Shown: in pieces, positions 40,371 to 53,173 of the stretch
Layout: each line of letters opens with the position of its first letter
Numbering within the stretch: position 1 is the first letter of the stretch
From: Sarea resinae
Lineage: Eukaryota
DNA: 64,000 nucleotides
Assembly (NCBI GenBank): GCA_026026165.1
Contig: JAPEUD010000066.1
Location: forward strand, 1 to 64,000
Direction of reading: 5' to 3'
Notes under the pieces: generated by a model
What the model was told of the DNA's origin: nothing
The model's database searches: none
The model's input: the letters and a program-made list of their open reading frames with translations, nothing else
Translations under genes and position numbers: made by a program

Positions 40371-43300
40371 CCTTGCAAGAGCCTCGATCGTGGGCAATGG
40401 GATCTTATTGATAGGAAAGGTAGGGTAGTTGGTGGTTTTGGTCGTTGCAAGGCAGGCAACGAGGGGTGGGCAAGGTAAGGTAGTCTTGATGCACGAGAGG
40501 GTTACCGGCAGTGTTCCGGTGTTCAGGTGTTCAGACTCGATGATCTACCTAGGTGGTGGCGGTGAGCGGTGAGGGCAGTGGTGCTTGAAATTGGAGTGAA
40601 GGCCTGTGATTTTGGTGGTGAGGTGCAGCGCGCTGCAGCCTACTATGTAAGTGGGTACGCAAATGGGATCGTGGATGCTCTACAGAGTAAGGTAGCTGTG
40701 GTCTTCTAGGACAACCTGGAAGTTCACTTTTCACGATCTGGAGACCGGATAGCGCTCTTCGCCACCCATTGACACTGTAACCTACAAATGCTGGTGAAGG
40801 TTAACAATTGCAATTGAGTCTTTGCATATCCCACATGCTGATCTCGACTCCACAGCCCGAGTCTCATTTGCTCGCTGGTGAGAGCAAGCGAGCCAGACGC
40901 CTGCAGGCACAAATCCAGGCAGCCGCTATGCGTACCTACAGGTATGGTGCACAATATCATCATTGCTAATGGTACCTACCTACTAGGAAGGTATGGTTGA
41001 TCTTGCAGTGCTGGACCGGTCGGCCAGTCTCGAATCCGCTGCACGTATCTTCCCCTCAAAGCATGGACGTGAACGTGAACGTGAACGCCTATCGAGACAA
41101 TGCTGCAACTCAGCATCGCTTGTGTCACTGCAGGTCTTGCCGTGTCGTTCGGGTCATGACAGCGGGAAGCTGCGTTTTTCCGTCTCTTTCTCCAATTTGA
41201 TGGCGACTACACGTCATTCCAGCGAGGAGCACGCTTTCTCTAACCTTTTCGACTCATTCGGGAGCATTCCCGTCAGTGAGAGCACACCTCCGGCTGCCAT
41301 CACCCTTCCCCCACTTTCATCGGTAATCGTAAATCGGCTCGCAGATCACCAGCATCCTCGATCAACGGAAATCGTAAGGTTACCCAGATGGCACGTAGGA
41401 TGATCACGACAGCGGGAACGCAAATACAACAACGGGAATCCGTCGAGCCGGCCCCTTGAACTTGCATCTCACGATAGACAGGTAGGTAAATTACATCTCG
41501 AGACACATGCTTGAGATTCCCCTGAGACCTGAGCACTGAATGAATGCTGCGCTGCAACCGACATTCATCAGGATGACATGAACCTGGGGCGTCGTAGTGA
41601 GCAGTTGCGGAACCCACACGATGAGCTTATTATTGCGCACGGCGTTACTTGCATAGGAAGCTCGCTATCTGGGCGGGACTGGGGTTACACAGGGCTGGGA
41701 ACGCCAGCCCCAAGCTTAGCCTCGAGTGCCGCCAGAACGGGGCGCTCCACTATGGACGAATCCAATTCTCTCCGGCGACCCTGACCTTGGGGCGCAACCG
41801 CAACGGGTTGCGCAACGTTCTGATCCTCTGCTCGAATCCCCACCAACGTCGCGCGGGGAGTTCTACGCCGGACTGGCATTTTGGGTCATTTTTGAGCTCG
41901 AGCTGACTGATGCTTTTCATCTACCGGTAACGGCGCAGGCGGCCTTGCTTGCCAGGTAGCTTACCTACGCCTGCACCTCTCCGACGACAGGCCAGTGCTT
42001 CGTCGCTCGAGGATGCGCGAGCAGCGCAAGAACAATGATGGCCGGGGTTAAAGTTTCACTGGAACCTGACTTCGAGTTGAGTCGAGAGCGAATTCGCTCC
42101 CAAGCGAGATCCCGGCATCTCACTTCGAACTCTACCAAGTGCACAAGGGGTTCAGATATCTTCATCCGTTGAACGAATCTGGAATTCGATAGTGGTCACG
42201 AACACCTATTGCGCTCCGTTGTTCCCTGCTCGTCCAAAAGCCTCGGTCCAGCCACCGTCGCAAGAACCTTCTCGAAAGGCGAATGGAAGCTGAATCGCGG
42301 CCATTAGGGTGAGCTGTTCCTGAGCACAAAGTAGCTGGATCAGGGGGTGGGGGTGGGGTTCGGTTGAGGGCGGTGGGAGCTAAGTGGACGGGGAACGGAT
42401 TTTGTTGGAGGCCGTACCTAGGTACAATGCAGAGAGGAGGAGCCGGGGCGTGCGGTGGCTTTCGGGGCGTGTAATGATGCAACGTTGGGGAAGGCCAATG
42501 CTCTGTTGGAAGTGTGCGCGTGCAGAGATAGCTAGACACAGCAAGGCCAAGTAGAGTAAGATGTGAGTACGGATAGTAAGCTTTTCAAGTGTGCATCTTT
42601 GAGAGCAGCAAGGTGGGCGGTCATGCCTCGACGCCGGAGCAGCAGATTCATCGTGTATTACATAGAGTGCCAGACCAGGTATCCCTGCCTTGGCTTGGCT
42701 GGCTTGCATCTTTCTTCTCTTTTCTGGACGTTGCTTCTTTGTTGCGCTCCATCCTATTGAGTTTATTCTAGTCCAACACTGGGGATGATCCACGGCGGAC
42801 TATTGAGGGTTTACTCTAGAGGTGCGAGGGGTACTACTTACTACTGTGCGTCGATCCTGGCGTTGAAGTTTTGGCAGGATCGGATCGGAGAGGAGAGGGG
42901 AGGAGAGAAGAGGAGAGGTTTTTGGTGGCATTCTTGCAAGGCCAAAGGGCGCCCCATGCGCTCATCAATTTGACAGTTGATCCCCTACGGATACCCGAAG
43001 ATAGCGAGATCCTTGCTCCTTTTTCGTATGCCCTGAGTCCTGAGAGAGCATGGATGCTGACTCTGGTGCACCGCGACCGCCAGGGGGGGGTTTTGTCAAA
43101 GGACGACATATGAATGTCTCCAACTTGAGGTCTTTCGAGCAAGTACGGAGTGCTAGTCGGTACTAAGGAACAACGCAATCGTGGCGGGTCCTTAATCTGA
43201 CCCACGTCCGCGACTAAGGATCACTCTAGAGTAGCTTTATCAGTGCCAAGATGGATCTCATAACAGCAAAGATTGACAAACGATAAGCGCACGCGCAGTA

Positions 43301-43396
43301 GTACTGTGAGCAGACAGACTACCCTCCTGCAGCGTACCTACTCTGTACAGAACAGAACCGACGCAGAAGAATGCAGCCGCAGAAGTAGAAGTCGAA

Positions 43397-43398
<2 letters not shown>

Positions 43399-43427
<29 letters not shown>

Positions 43428-43432
43428 CAGAG
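43399..43432 (+). repeat. (AGAGCC)n hexamer microsatellite
   Basis: Directly visible. Confidence 0.85.
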
Positions 43433-44043
43433 ACAGAAGATCAACCGACCAAAGTCGAAAAAAGGCAAAAGCAAGACCACTTGACAGGGAACAGGCATAC
43501 TCCAATAGATTGTGCAGATTGATTGTGCAGACTGCAAAACCCCATCCCCTCCCTTGTCCCAGGTCGAGCCCCGAGGAGGAGATCGCATCGCATCCATCCT
43601 CCTACATGCTGCGCCGCAGGAGTGAGTACTCGGCTGTACTCGACCTCATACTTCTTCGTGCGCGCAGGGCATCGCATCCATCCAGACTACAGCAGTCTAC
43701 CGAGTCATCTACGATCCCTGGACCTTCAATCGTCGTGTGGCGGAACCTGCCGAGCCCTGAACATTACTGACGGGCATCACTGACCGAGGTGAGCGCCCTT
43801 CCCGATCGGATCCTGTCGCCAGCAGGGAAGAAGCTGAGATCAGAAGACGTATGAATGGACCCGATCTGCTGCCGTTCGTTAAGCTCCACTAGAGCCTCAT
43901 CCAAGCCGATCCTATCTCCCATCTCTGCTCTTCTCCTTTGAGGACTCAGAGTGCCTGGCATTTCACCCATGCGCCTGCGCCGAATCTCCCGAGAGCTTCG
44001 TTGATCTGACCACGAAGGTCCATATTTCTACCGTGAGATAGAA

Positions 44044-47000
44044 ATGCCCGGGTAAGACTGCTCTGATATGGGACGATGCCCCTTCGCTAGCAAATCTCGC
44101 TGGTGGCTGGAATGACCGCTTTCTCTCGTCGTCCTCGACTGGTGCCTCGCTGACTGACTGAATATCGATCAGGTCACTCAAAGAGCTGGTCAAGGCTCTG
44201 AGCTCCGCGCTCTCGTCGAGCCCGCCCGATATTCTGCCCGAAGAGCTCCAGGAGACGATTGAGCTCTATCTCGACAAGCATGAGAACATTGAACTCCATG
44301 ACTCGCAACGACTGCAAGACGAGCTCCTCGACCTTTATCGGAGTAGTGTCTCCCAAGACCCCAGCAAACAGCCCGCCTTTCTGGCCTGTCTACGACTGCT
44401 GAGACCGGCGATCCACATTGCTGATCAGCTAATCGCGTGGTGGGACTTGGTCATTCGACCGTCGTTCACCTCTGTGGGCCAGGAGAAGGCCGTGGTGGAA
44501 GATGCGCGAGAGCTGTTACTGAGTGTTCTCATATACGACGCAGACGAGGATGAAGATGGAGAAAAAGCACGCGCTTCCGGATTGCTTCGGGACAAACTAT
44601 TGGACTTTTATCTAGAGAAGACAAAGATCCCAAACTTTGTTGATGACGAGACTTTCATCCCGGGTCATGAGCAAGATAGGCTGATTGCAAGCAACCTGGA
44701 GTCCATTCTAGTCGCGTTCGGACGAAGGAAACCAAAGGTATTCAAACGAGCACTATTGGTATTGGCGAAATTCTGACTTGACGGCGCTGTAGGACTTCCT
44801 GACGGCAGTTGACAAACTCGTAGTAGACAAGGAGCATCGCGCACAGGCCCTGAGCCTCCTCTGCACTTTCGTTCGCTATCAGCCTCCGCACCTGCATCAA
44901 GTCCTGGAGACGCCTCTGATCGAGCACCTTTTGAAGTGCTTGATGGTGGACACATCCACGACAGTCATATCGCTCGCGCTGACCACTCTGGTCATGTTCC
45001 TGCCACACATTCCCAATTCCCTCGTGGCGTATCTACCGCGACTTTTCATCGTGTACAGTCGGATTCTCTGCTGGGACCGCCAAGGCCAGAGCCAGACCAA
45101 TCTCGAACCTCCAACTGAAGCGATCGAAAGTCACTCGCCTTTGAGCAACGACGACGAAAGGCCGGAGGCATCTTTCTTCGACCACGAATCGACGTCGGAC
45201 CCCTCGTGGGAGAAACTTGACCATTCCTTCGAAACGGCCGAATCGACCGTGCCCGAATTGACACACTATTTCACATTTCTCTACGGATTATATCCATTCA
45301 ATTTCATGAGCTATATCCGAAAACCGAAGAAATACCTTAAAAGCGCCGGATTTACAAACGTGGACAAGTTCAATATCGACCAAGCTGGTGTGCGCAGCCG
45401 GACAGAACGATTTCGCCAAGTCCATCTTCTTCATCCTAATTTCTTTACCATGACCATGGAGACTGAATTGACGGATAATCGCTGGCTAAAAAGCGATCCT
45501 GCAGATGTGGTTACTGAATGCATGGGATTGTTCTCGGCCATTCCCCTCAGTCTTGGTGATCCAGGACCACCGCCATCATCGAAGCTTCCAGACATTCCAG
45601 AGGCTCAAGTGCGCACGGAAGACATACCTGTTCAGAGTCTACTTTCGATGGATGAGGATACAGCGACTCTAGTGAACGATCCTTCTTCTCCAACAGGGTC
45701 GCGTGGAGGTGCTAGCTGGCGGGACACGCAGTCTACGTTTGTCACCTCCCATAGTTTCGATCGAGGTGAGCCTCTAAATACCTTGCGCAGGCCTTCTCAG
45801 CATAACCACCTTTATCCAGTTTCGCGGTCCAACGGCTCCCACTCTCGAACAACATCTCCTAACTTTGGGGGTGGAGAAAACGCTGCGGACAGCCCTACCC
45901 TACCTCCTCACGCAATGCATCCGGATCCCGAGGCCAAGCTACAGGATATGCTGCAAACTCAAGAATCTCTATCGAACGGCGTTGGCCAATCTATGTCTAT
46001 AAGAAATGGCAGCGTCAGTTCTCTTCAAAGCCAGGATGTGGCGTCTCCTCGTCTAGGTGCCTATATCCAGTCTCTGGCCCAGAATCCCACGCCACGATCC
46101 CCTGCGGTGAAGCCGGCCACGACAAGCGGACAAGGGCATTCCACCTTCCTGCAACGAGAAGTCATGCTTTTGAGGAATGACTTGAACTTCGAGCGCTATC
46201 TCAGGCAGCAGCATCTTTCTCACATTGGCCGATTACAGCGCAGGCACATCAAGGAAGCGACTGTCGAGGCAGAAACTCAGAAGTTGGTCAATACCAACAG
46301 AGCTTTACGACTCAAAATGGAAGAGTCGAAGAAGTCTTTTGCCTTGTTAAAGAAAGAGAGCACCAACAGCAAGAATCTATCGAAGAAATGGGAAGGGGAA
46401 CTCAATACCAAAGTTCGGTCGCTTCGAGACAACCAGAAACACTGGAAGTCCGACGAGGACGCGGTACGAGGCGAGCTCCGCAACGCTCGTGTAGAGTGTG
46501 AACACCTTCGGAAGTTGGTGGTCGAAAGCGAAGCAAAAGAACTCCTGTCAAGACAGAGATTGGAATCCGTCGAAGCCAGTCTAGACGAACTCGAGAGCAT
46601 CAAACTCGAGGTCGACAGCCTCAACGCCAAACTCCGCGAATACGAGTCTCGAGAAGATGATTATGAGCAAGCCCGAGAAGACGCCGACTATGCCCACATG
46701 GAACTGGAGACCGTGCAGCTCAAATTGCGCAGCCAAGATTCCGAGCGCGAGAAGGCTAAAAAGGCATACGAGCGCCGCATCGCCGAGCTCGAAATGAAGC
46801 TTCAAGGAAGTGGTGGTGTCAGTGTTGGTAACGGCCAAACGACCCCGATACCCGGCCAGAATTCCCCAGCCTTTCAGCACATGCTCGACTCCGCCCTCGC
46901 TGCTAGCCGAACTCGCTTCGCTCAGCTGAAGAAAGCACACACGCTTCTCCTGAATCGATACACGGAGCTCGAGATGCGCTATACCGAGCTGCAATCTGGC

Positions 47001-47632
47001 CTGGCCGAATCAGACGACGGCACCGGCCTCTATTCACCTACCCGGGGCCACCACTACTCGGACGATTTCTCATACGACCAGTCACATGGGAGCTACCAGC
47101 CGCACTCGAACAACAGCCGCCGCCAAAAGACCTTCTCCGATTCCTCCGCCTACACGGACGACTATCCCGATTATCCAGACCCGAATCCTCCCATGAGCAA
47201 CAGCTTTCCTAACCGCCCCACACGGCTCGAATCACTGCCGCACAGGCAGTATCCCATGTCCTCCGAGACGAGCCCTGTCGCAGAGAGGTCGACACTGTAC
47301 CGCCCCCAGGGGCCGAGCCAGGCGCAAAGCCAGCGCGAAAGAGAACAGGGACCCACAGAATCGAGCAGTAATAGTCTACATTCTGCGGAGTCGATCGGGA
47401 CGAGAAGTGCGAAGGAGAAGGAGAGAGAGAAGGCGAAGATCAAGGCTCAGTCTGAGGTCAGGGTCTTTGGTAGAGGTAGGTTGTCTAAAAAGATCCGGGG
47501 ATGAAGTAACAATGCTAATTACCTTGGCGATGTGCAGGTGGCGTGCAGAATATTGGGAAGAAAGATAAGAAGGACAAGGACAAGGACAAGGAGAAGAAGG
47601 GGTTGAAGGGGCTAGCCAGGGGGCTTGTCTGA
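44044..47632 (+). CDS. TSC1: Hamartin / Tsc1, 4 exons (first coding exon only 8 nt, 44044-44051)
   Basis: LPRLFIVYSRILCW, YFTLYGLYP-like YFTFLYGLYPFNFMSYIR, HLLHPNFF, LNFERYLRQQHLSHIGRL, a long coiled coil and VRVFGRGGVQNI C-terminus. Confidence 0.9.
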
Positions 47633-48859
47633 CCCCTTGAGATCCTTTTTACCTACGTCTTTCTTCTTTGTTAGCCTTTGCTGTTGCTCCGAGAAACTCG
47701 TCTTGCTTCTGGGCTTCGTTGTTATTTGGCATACGTCGTGCTTTCCGCATGACGATTTTCGTTGCCAATCGTCCTCTTTCACGATGTCTATGACGGCTCA
47801 ACCGGACCGAAGCCATCCATGATTGATTGATGGGTGGGCCGGTGGATGTACGATATTCGTCACAAGCGTCGTCGCTTCTGTTCCTGGGGATGTGCTGCCT
47901 TATTCGTACATCACATATAGCTCGGGCCGGGGGGTGTACTGTATGAAGGTGGGAAATGTGGGAAATGTGTGATATATGCGGTCATTCTTCTCGTCTTTGC
48001 TCGATCTATTTTCATTTGGCTTTTTGCCTGCTTTCATTCGGCCTGCTTTGTTTGCCTTTGCCTTGGCCTTTGCTTTTCGCTTCTCTCTTTTTCTACTTCA
48101 CATTCATCCGCACGAGCTCTTGCACGACTAGCGGCGTGCACGGCATCTTATTACCGCATTTGAATTTGCCCGTTATCAGTATGACGCCTTATATCTTATA
48201 TCGATACCCCTTCCTCCTTCATTTCTCCCTCCATGCCTGCCTGCTTGCCTCTCTTTCTACCTTCTCCGCCTTCCTCTTTGACCACGACCTCCCAACTCCC
48301 CACTTCATAAGACCCTCATCATCCAAGACCCCGCACGCAGGCTTCTCCCATATTTCTCCTCCCTTCTCTCCTCTTTGCTTCACCCATCTACCTCCTTACT
48401 CGCTCCCTCGCTCTCTCGCTTGCTTCCTCTCTCCCTCTATATATCTACTTATACTTATTTCCCCACCGTTCTTTCATTTCTTCATTCGTCTGTCCCGCGA
48501 CTAGCGCCGTCGGTCGGCGGTCCCTTCTGATATCTTATCTTATCTTCCCTTATGGTCTGATACGGTACGATACTATGCGATACGAGACAAGACAAGACTT
48601 GTATCCATACCTACCTATCTATGTAATGTACAAATGCGCCGTGAAGGATTAGTCCAGTATATCAAAGTCCAGTATATTATAACAGTACAGTCCAGTCCAG
48701 TCCGGTAATCTATAGCCCTGAGCTCCTAGCTCCGAGCTACTCCGTACCAGAGGGGGACGGGGACGGGGACGGGGAATCGCGTCACGCTTGATAAGGGAGC
48801 ACATAAACCCCACCTCGCCATTCACTCTTCAGGATACCCCGATTCACCCTCTCGGCCCC

Positions 48860-49380
48860 ACCGTCTTCATTTCGAGCAAAAAATCGTCGAACGTCTCAGG
48901 GCCATCACGTCGCGTCTCCCCGACGCCGTAGTTTTCAGACGTCTCTATTCAGCCGGCTTCTGATTGGCTGCCTGGGAGCTAGACAAAACAAACCGATAGG
49001 CAGCGCGCGTCGCGTCGATAAAGGAGCATACCTACCTACCTACCTATCTATCTAAAGTGAATTCGTGCCTACCTACAGCTGCCTCACTACCTCACCTCCT
49101 GGGACATCTGATCTCCCAGGATATAGATAGACCTTACCTATCTATCTAATCCCCCACATTCACCCACCTCACCCACCCACCTTACCCTATCCCTATCCCT
49201 ATCCCTATCCCTTTCGATGACGTCTCCGAATCCACCACCGCCCAACTCGCCCGCGGTCTGTGATTTCGAGCAGAATTCGTCGAACGTCTTGGGGCCACCA
49301 GGTCGCATCTCCCCTAACGCCCTGGTTCCAGATGCCTCTGTTTATTCAGCTCCTAGGAGGTTGACTGCGTGACAGCTAGC
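48860..49380. repeat. Two diverged direct copies of a ~120-nt non-coding element (~48860-48982 and ~49252-49379)
   Basis: Shared core ATTTCGAGCA..AA.TCGTCGAACGTCT..GGGCCA.CA.GTCGC.TCTCCCC..ACGCC.T.GTT..CAGA.G.CTCT..ATTCAGC, ending AGCTAG in both copies. Confidence 0.8.
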
Positions 49381-50272
49381 TACTACGTAGTAGACAGGTT
49401 CTAAAAGGTTGATGTTGTACTGAGTTATCTTGCCTACATTACTGACCTAGGCGTGGCTGAGATGGGCTGAGCCGAGCTGGGCTAGGCGGGTGCGGGGTGC
49501 GAGACTGGGTGATGCGATTATTCTCTTGTAGATTGTTATCGCGTTTGCTATATTTATTTATGTATCGACTCGGGTTAAATTGTAATTGAGTTCGAACCCA
49601 GACAGATCAGATCAGATCATATCCAACGCCTCCCTCCCATGCCCCCCTCCTATCCGGTCAATTCATCTGCCTCTAGAGACCTACTATCTTGGTCCCGACC
49701 TCAGTCTCGTGGTGGCTTGGTGTCTGAGTGTCTTGGTCCCCTGAAATCCAGGTATGTTAAGCTGCTATCATTATCAATGCAGCATTTCATACTTTCTCCC
49801 CATATCCTGTTCCCTTTTCTCCAAAAATGAAAGAGAGAAACAAGGAGTGAGTGGAGAAAGGCTGGTTCGTGCTTATATTCAAGGCCCTCAGACGACCTCA
49901 GCCCAGACGTGGGCCAGGGGAAAGGGGCGAACTAGAGTGATAGAAAAAGACCGAGCAGATCTACAGTGGTTTTGAGGAGGGGAAAAAAGGCCGAAAAAAT
50001 GATTATTTGATCTATCCATTCCATCCGTTCCATCCGTTCCGTCCATCCATCAATATGTCGAATGAGTCAATATGTCCAGATATCCCGTAGCCCAACAGCA
50101 CAACGCAGAACAACGCAACGCAACGCTAAGCCATACATACAAATGTGGTTCGAGGAGAGTCGAGCCCAATCCAGTCCAGGAAGAGCAAAAGGGAAAGTGC
50201 GAAAACCCGTAAGCTCAAAGATATCCGCGGAGTTGCTCATGTCTGATAACGTATAGCTAATGAAAGGGTAGC

Positions 50273-53173
50273 CTAGAGACGGCTTTCGATGCCAGCTTGA
50301 TGGGCGCGCTGGCCTGGCCAATGCGCGTCGGGCCAGACGTGCTGAAGGGCTTCCCAGATATGTCTACAGTTTAAGCGTCAGCTACCAAGTGACCCAAGAA
50401 GCAAGCGTGGGAATAGAAGGGACAGCACGAAAAAAAAGGGGGAGAACACATACTGCACATGCACGATGCGCAAGCCGTCCAGGACCTCCTGCGGCAGGTC
50501 CTTGACGTCTTTCCGATTACTCGCAGGCAACAACACCGTCTTTACGCCTGCTCGGAGCGCGCCGATCAGTTTCTCCTTGATACCACCCACCGCCGTGACG
50601 CGTCCGCGCAATGACACCTCGCCCGTCATCGCCAGACTAGGCGGGACAGCCTTGCCTGAGAATAATGAGATGAGCGCCACGGTATGCGCCAGGCCAGCCG
50701 AGGGGCCGTCCTTGGGGACGGCCCCCGAGGGACAGTGCACGTGGACGCTGCGATTCTTCATGATGTCTTCTGTGGGGTCGGACGTCAAACCCAAGTCGTA
50801 CGCGTGCGCCTTTACCCACGTGAGGGCCACTTCGACGGATTCTTTGAGGACGTCGCCGAGTTTGCCCGTGAGCTGCACGCGGCCGTTGCCGGGCATGTCG
50901 GCGACTTCGATAAAAAGGATGCTGCCTTGGCCGCCGGTAGAATAGGCTACCAGACCCGTGACGATGCCCGGCCGAGACGAGGTTGCTGCTATTTCTTCGT
51001 CGTACTTTTCGATGCCAAGGATGTGCTCCAGATCGTCGACGTGGACTTCGGGATTGTATCCGTCGAGCTTCGATGCGTCTTTGGCGTCGGCATATTCGAC
51101 AGCCTTGAATCTGCATACAGAACCAATCTCGCGCTCTAAATTCCGGACGCCTGATTCACGAGTGTATCCGGTGATGATCTTGTCGACGACTTCGTCACTC
51201 AGGATTACCTGGCGATCGCCGAGACCATTGGTGGTGATTTGTTTAGGGATCAAATGGCGGGTTGCAATATGTCTTTTCTCTACTGTCGTATATCCAGAGA
51301 GGCCTATCATTTCCATCCTGTCGAGAAGAGGCGCCGGAATGGTATCCAGTGTATTGGCGGTCGCAATGAAGAGGACCTTGCTGAGATCGATGGGAATATT
51401 AACGTAATGATCTTTGAAACTGTGGTTTTGCTCGGGATCCAGAACTTCCAGCATCGCAGCCGACGGGTCGCCGTGAAAGCTCGATCCAGAGACCTTATCG
51501 ATCTCATCTAGCAAGATCACAGGATTATTGACGCCAACCTTTTTCAGGCCGTTGACGATCAGTCCTGGCATGGCTGCCACATAGGTCCTCCGATGCCCTC
51601 GAATCTCGGCTTCGTCTCTAACACCGCCGAGGGAAATTCGATGGAATTTACGACCGAGAGCGTTTGCCACAGACTTGGCCAGGCTTGTCTTGCCAGTCCC
51701 CGGCGGTCCTACTAGAAGGAGGATCGGCGACTTGTCGACCATTCTTTTGCTCTTGAGGAGTTGTACTTTCGTCGCTTCTGCATCTGGTCTCTCTGAAACC
51801 GTCTCCTCGCCTCCAGTCCCGCTAGCCTGCTCGGATGCCTGCATTATCTGCCGTTCCAGATCTTCGTTCACAGACTGCTTCAGCTTGAGAACGGCCAAAT
51901 ACTCTAGAAGTCGTTTCTTGATCTTCTCGAGGCCATAGTGGTCGTCGTTCAGCTGCTGGCGAGCCATGCTCAGAGTCGCCGCGTCCAGATGATCGTCTGT
52001 CATCTTGCTCCAAGGTATCTCCGAAAGGGTTTCGAGATACGTCCGACAGACTTGGTATTCGGCTTGGGCGGGTATCATCTTCTTCAGTCTCTGCATCTCC
52101 CGATCGGCCACTTTCTGCGCCTCTGGTGGAAGCTTTGCCTCTTCGAGCTTGCGCTTCAGCTCTTCCATCTCATTATCATCTTCCACATCCTTTCCCTTTC
52201 CCTGCATGAAATTGGGAGGAACAAGGCCATTGCGTAAAACCTGGCGCTTTGCAAGAGCCTCACGCTGCGCTTGAGGCAGCCGTTGAATATCTTGCACTGG
52301 CGAGGGCCTGGTCGTTGAAATAGTCGTAACCTGGAAATTCTTGCCGAAGCCAGCCACCTGTCTTTGAAGTAGCTCGATAGCGAGTTCCAATCTGTCTTTA
52401 ATGGGCCATGCAGCCAGAACAAGGAGTTTCTCTTCGTACGACGTTTCGACCATGCTTGTCATCAGATCGGCAAGACCACCCGCCTCATCGATATTCCGCT
52501 GCGCAATGAACGTTTCGAGTCGGCGCGCAATAACCGGACTCACGCTCCCGGGACCTCGAGACATCATTGCCGAGACTCGCAGAACAGTCAGAAGCTCCCT
52601 CGAAAGCTGCTTCAGTTGAGTGAATAGCTCTTCGACACCTTCCATCTCACTCGCTTCTACCACCACGGGGTCAGCTCGACACATGCATGCTTCCTGAGAC
52701 CTAGACTCACCCTCATCATCATGGTAGATTATTTTTCCTTCCAAGTATGGCTTCTGTTGTGTGACCTTCTCCAACTTGAACCTGCCGACCCCTTTGACCG
52801 ACAGAGCCAACTCACCAGGACGTCTGCCTTGGACTCCGGTAATCTTAGCTACGGTGCCGAAGCTGAAGAGATCTTCTTGTTTAGCCGATCCAGTATCCAC
52901 GTCAGAGATAGCATCCTTGGAACGCCCGGCACTGCTCTGGTCGATGAGCTTCTGTCCATCCTGGCTGAGAAGAGGCGACCTGAGGGGAATACAGCCGATA
53001 AGTACGGAATCCTGGTCCGGCTTTGGAGTGCTCGCTCGACTATATATTTGAGCAAGGATAGCTGGAATGTCTGGTCGATTGAGAATTGGAATGTTCAAGG
53101 TTGCGCTAGGGAGCAGGACAGTTGCAGGGGGAAGAGGGAGGATCGGAAGTTTGAGCGGTCTGCTAGGAGCCAT
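50273..53173 (-). CDS. Peroxisomal Lon protease (LonP2/Pln), 3 exons, C-terminal PTS1 SRL
   Basis: Lon N-domain, AAA+ GPPGTGKT and LLDEIDK, protease PKDGPSAG (Ser) and GGIKEK (Lys). The last exon (~50363-50273) ends ...AGIESRL*. Confidence 0.93.

Noticed and set aside
40400..43900. Telomerase RNA or snoRNA cluster in the long intergenic region
   Set aside because: No TAACCCTAA template on either strand and no convincing C/D box pairs found by eye.
47956..48504. 182-aa hydrophobic ORF after TSC1
   Set aside because: Low-complexity pyrimidine-rich 3' region translating to Phe/Leu/Ser; no family signal.
49185..49212. (CCCTAT)n, telomere-like repeat
   Set aside because: Not CCCTAA, only ~4 copies, and it lies among other microsatellites.
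49568..49600. GTTCGAACCC, tRNA T-loop/B-box-like
   Set aside because: No cloverleaf, acceptor stem or A box could be built around it.
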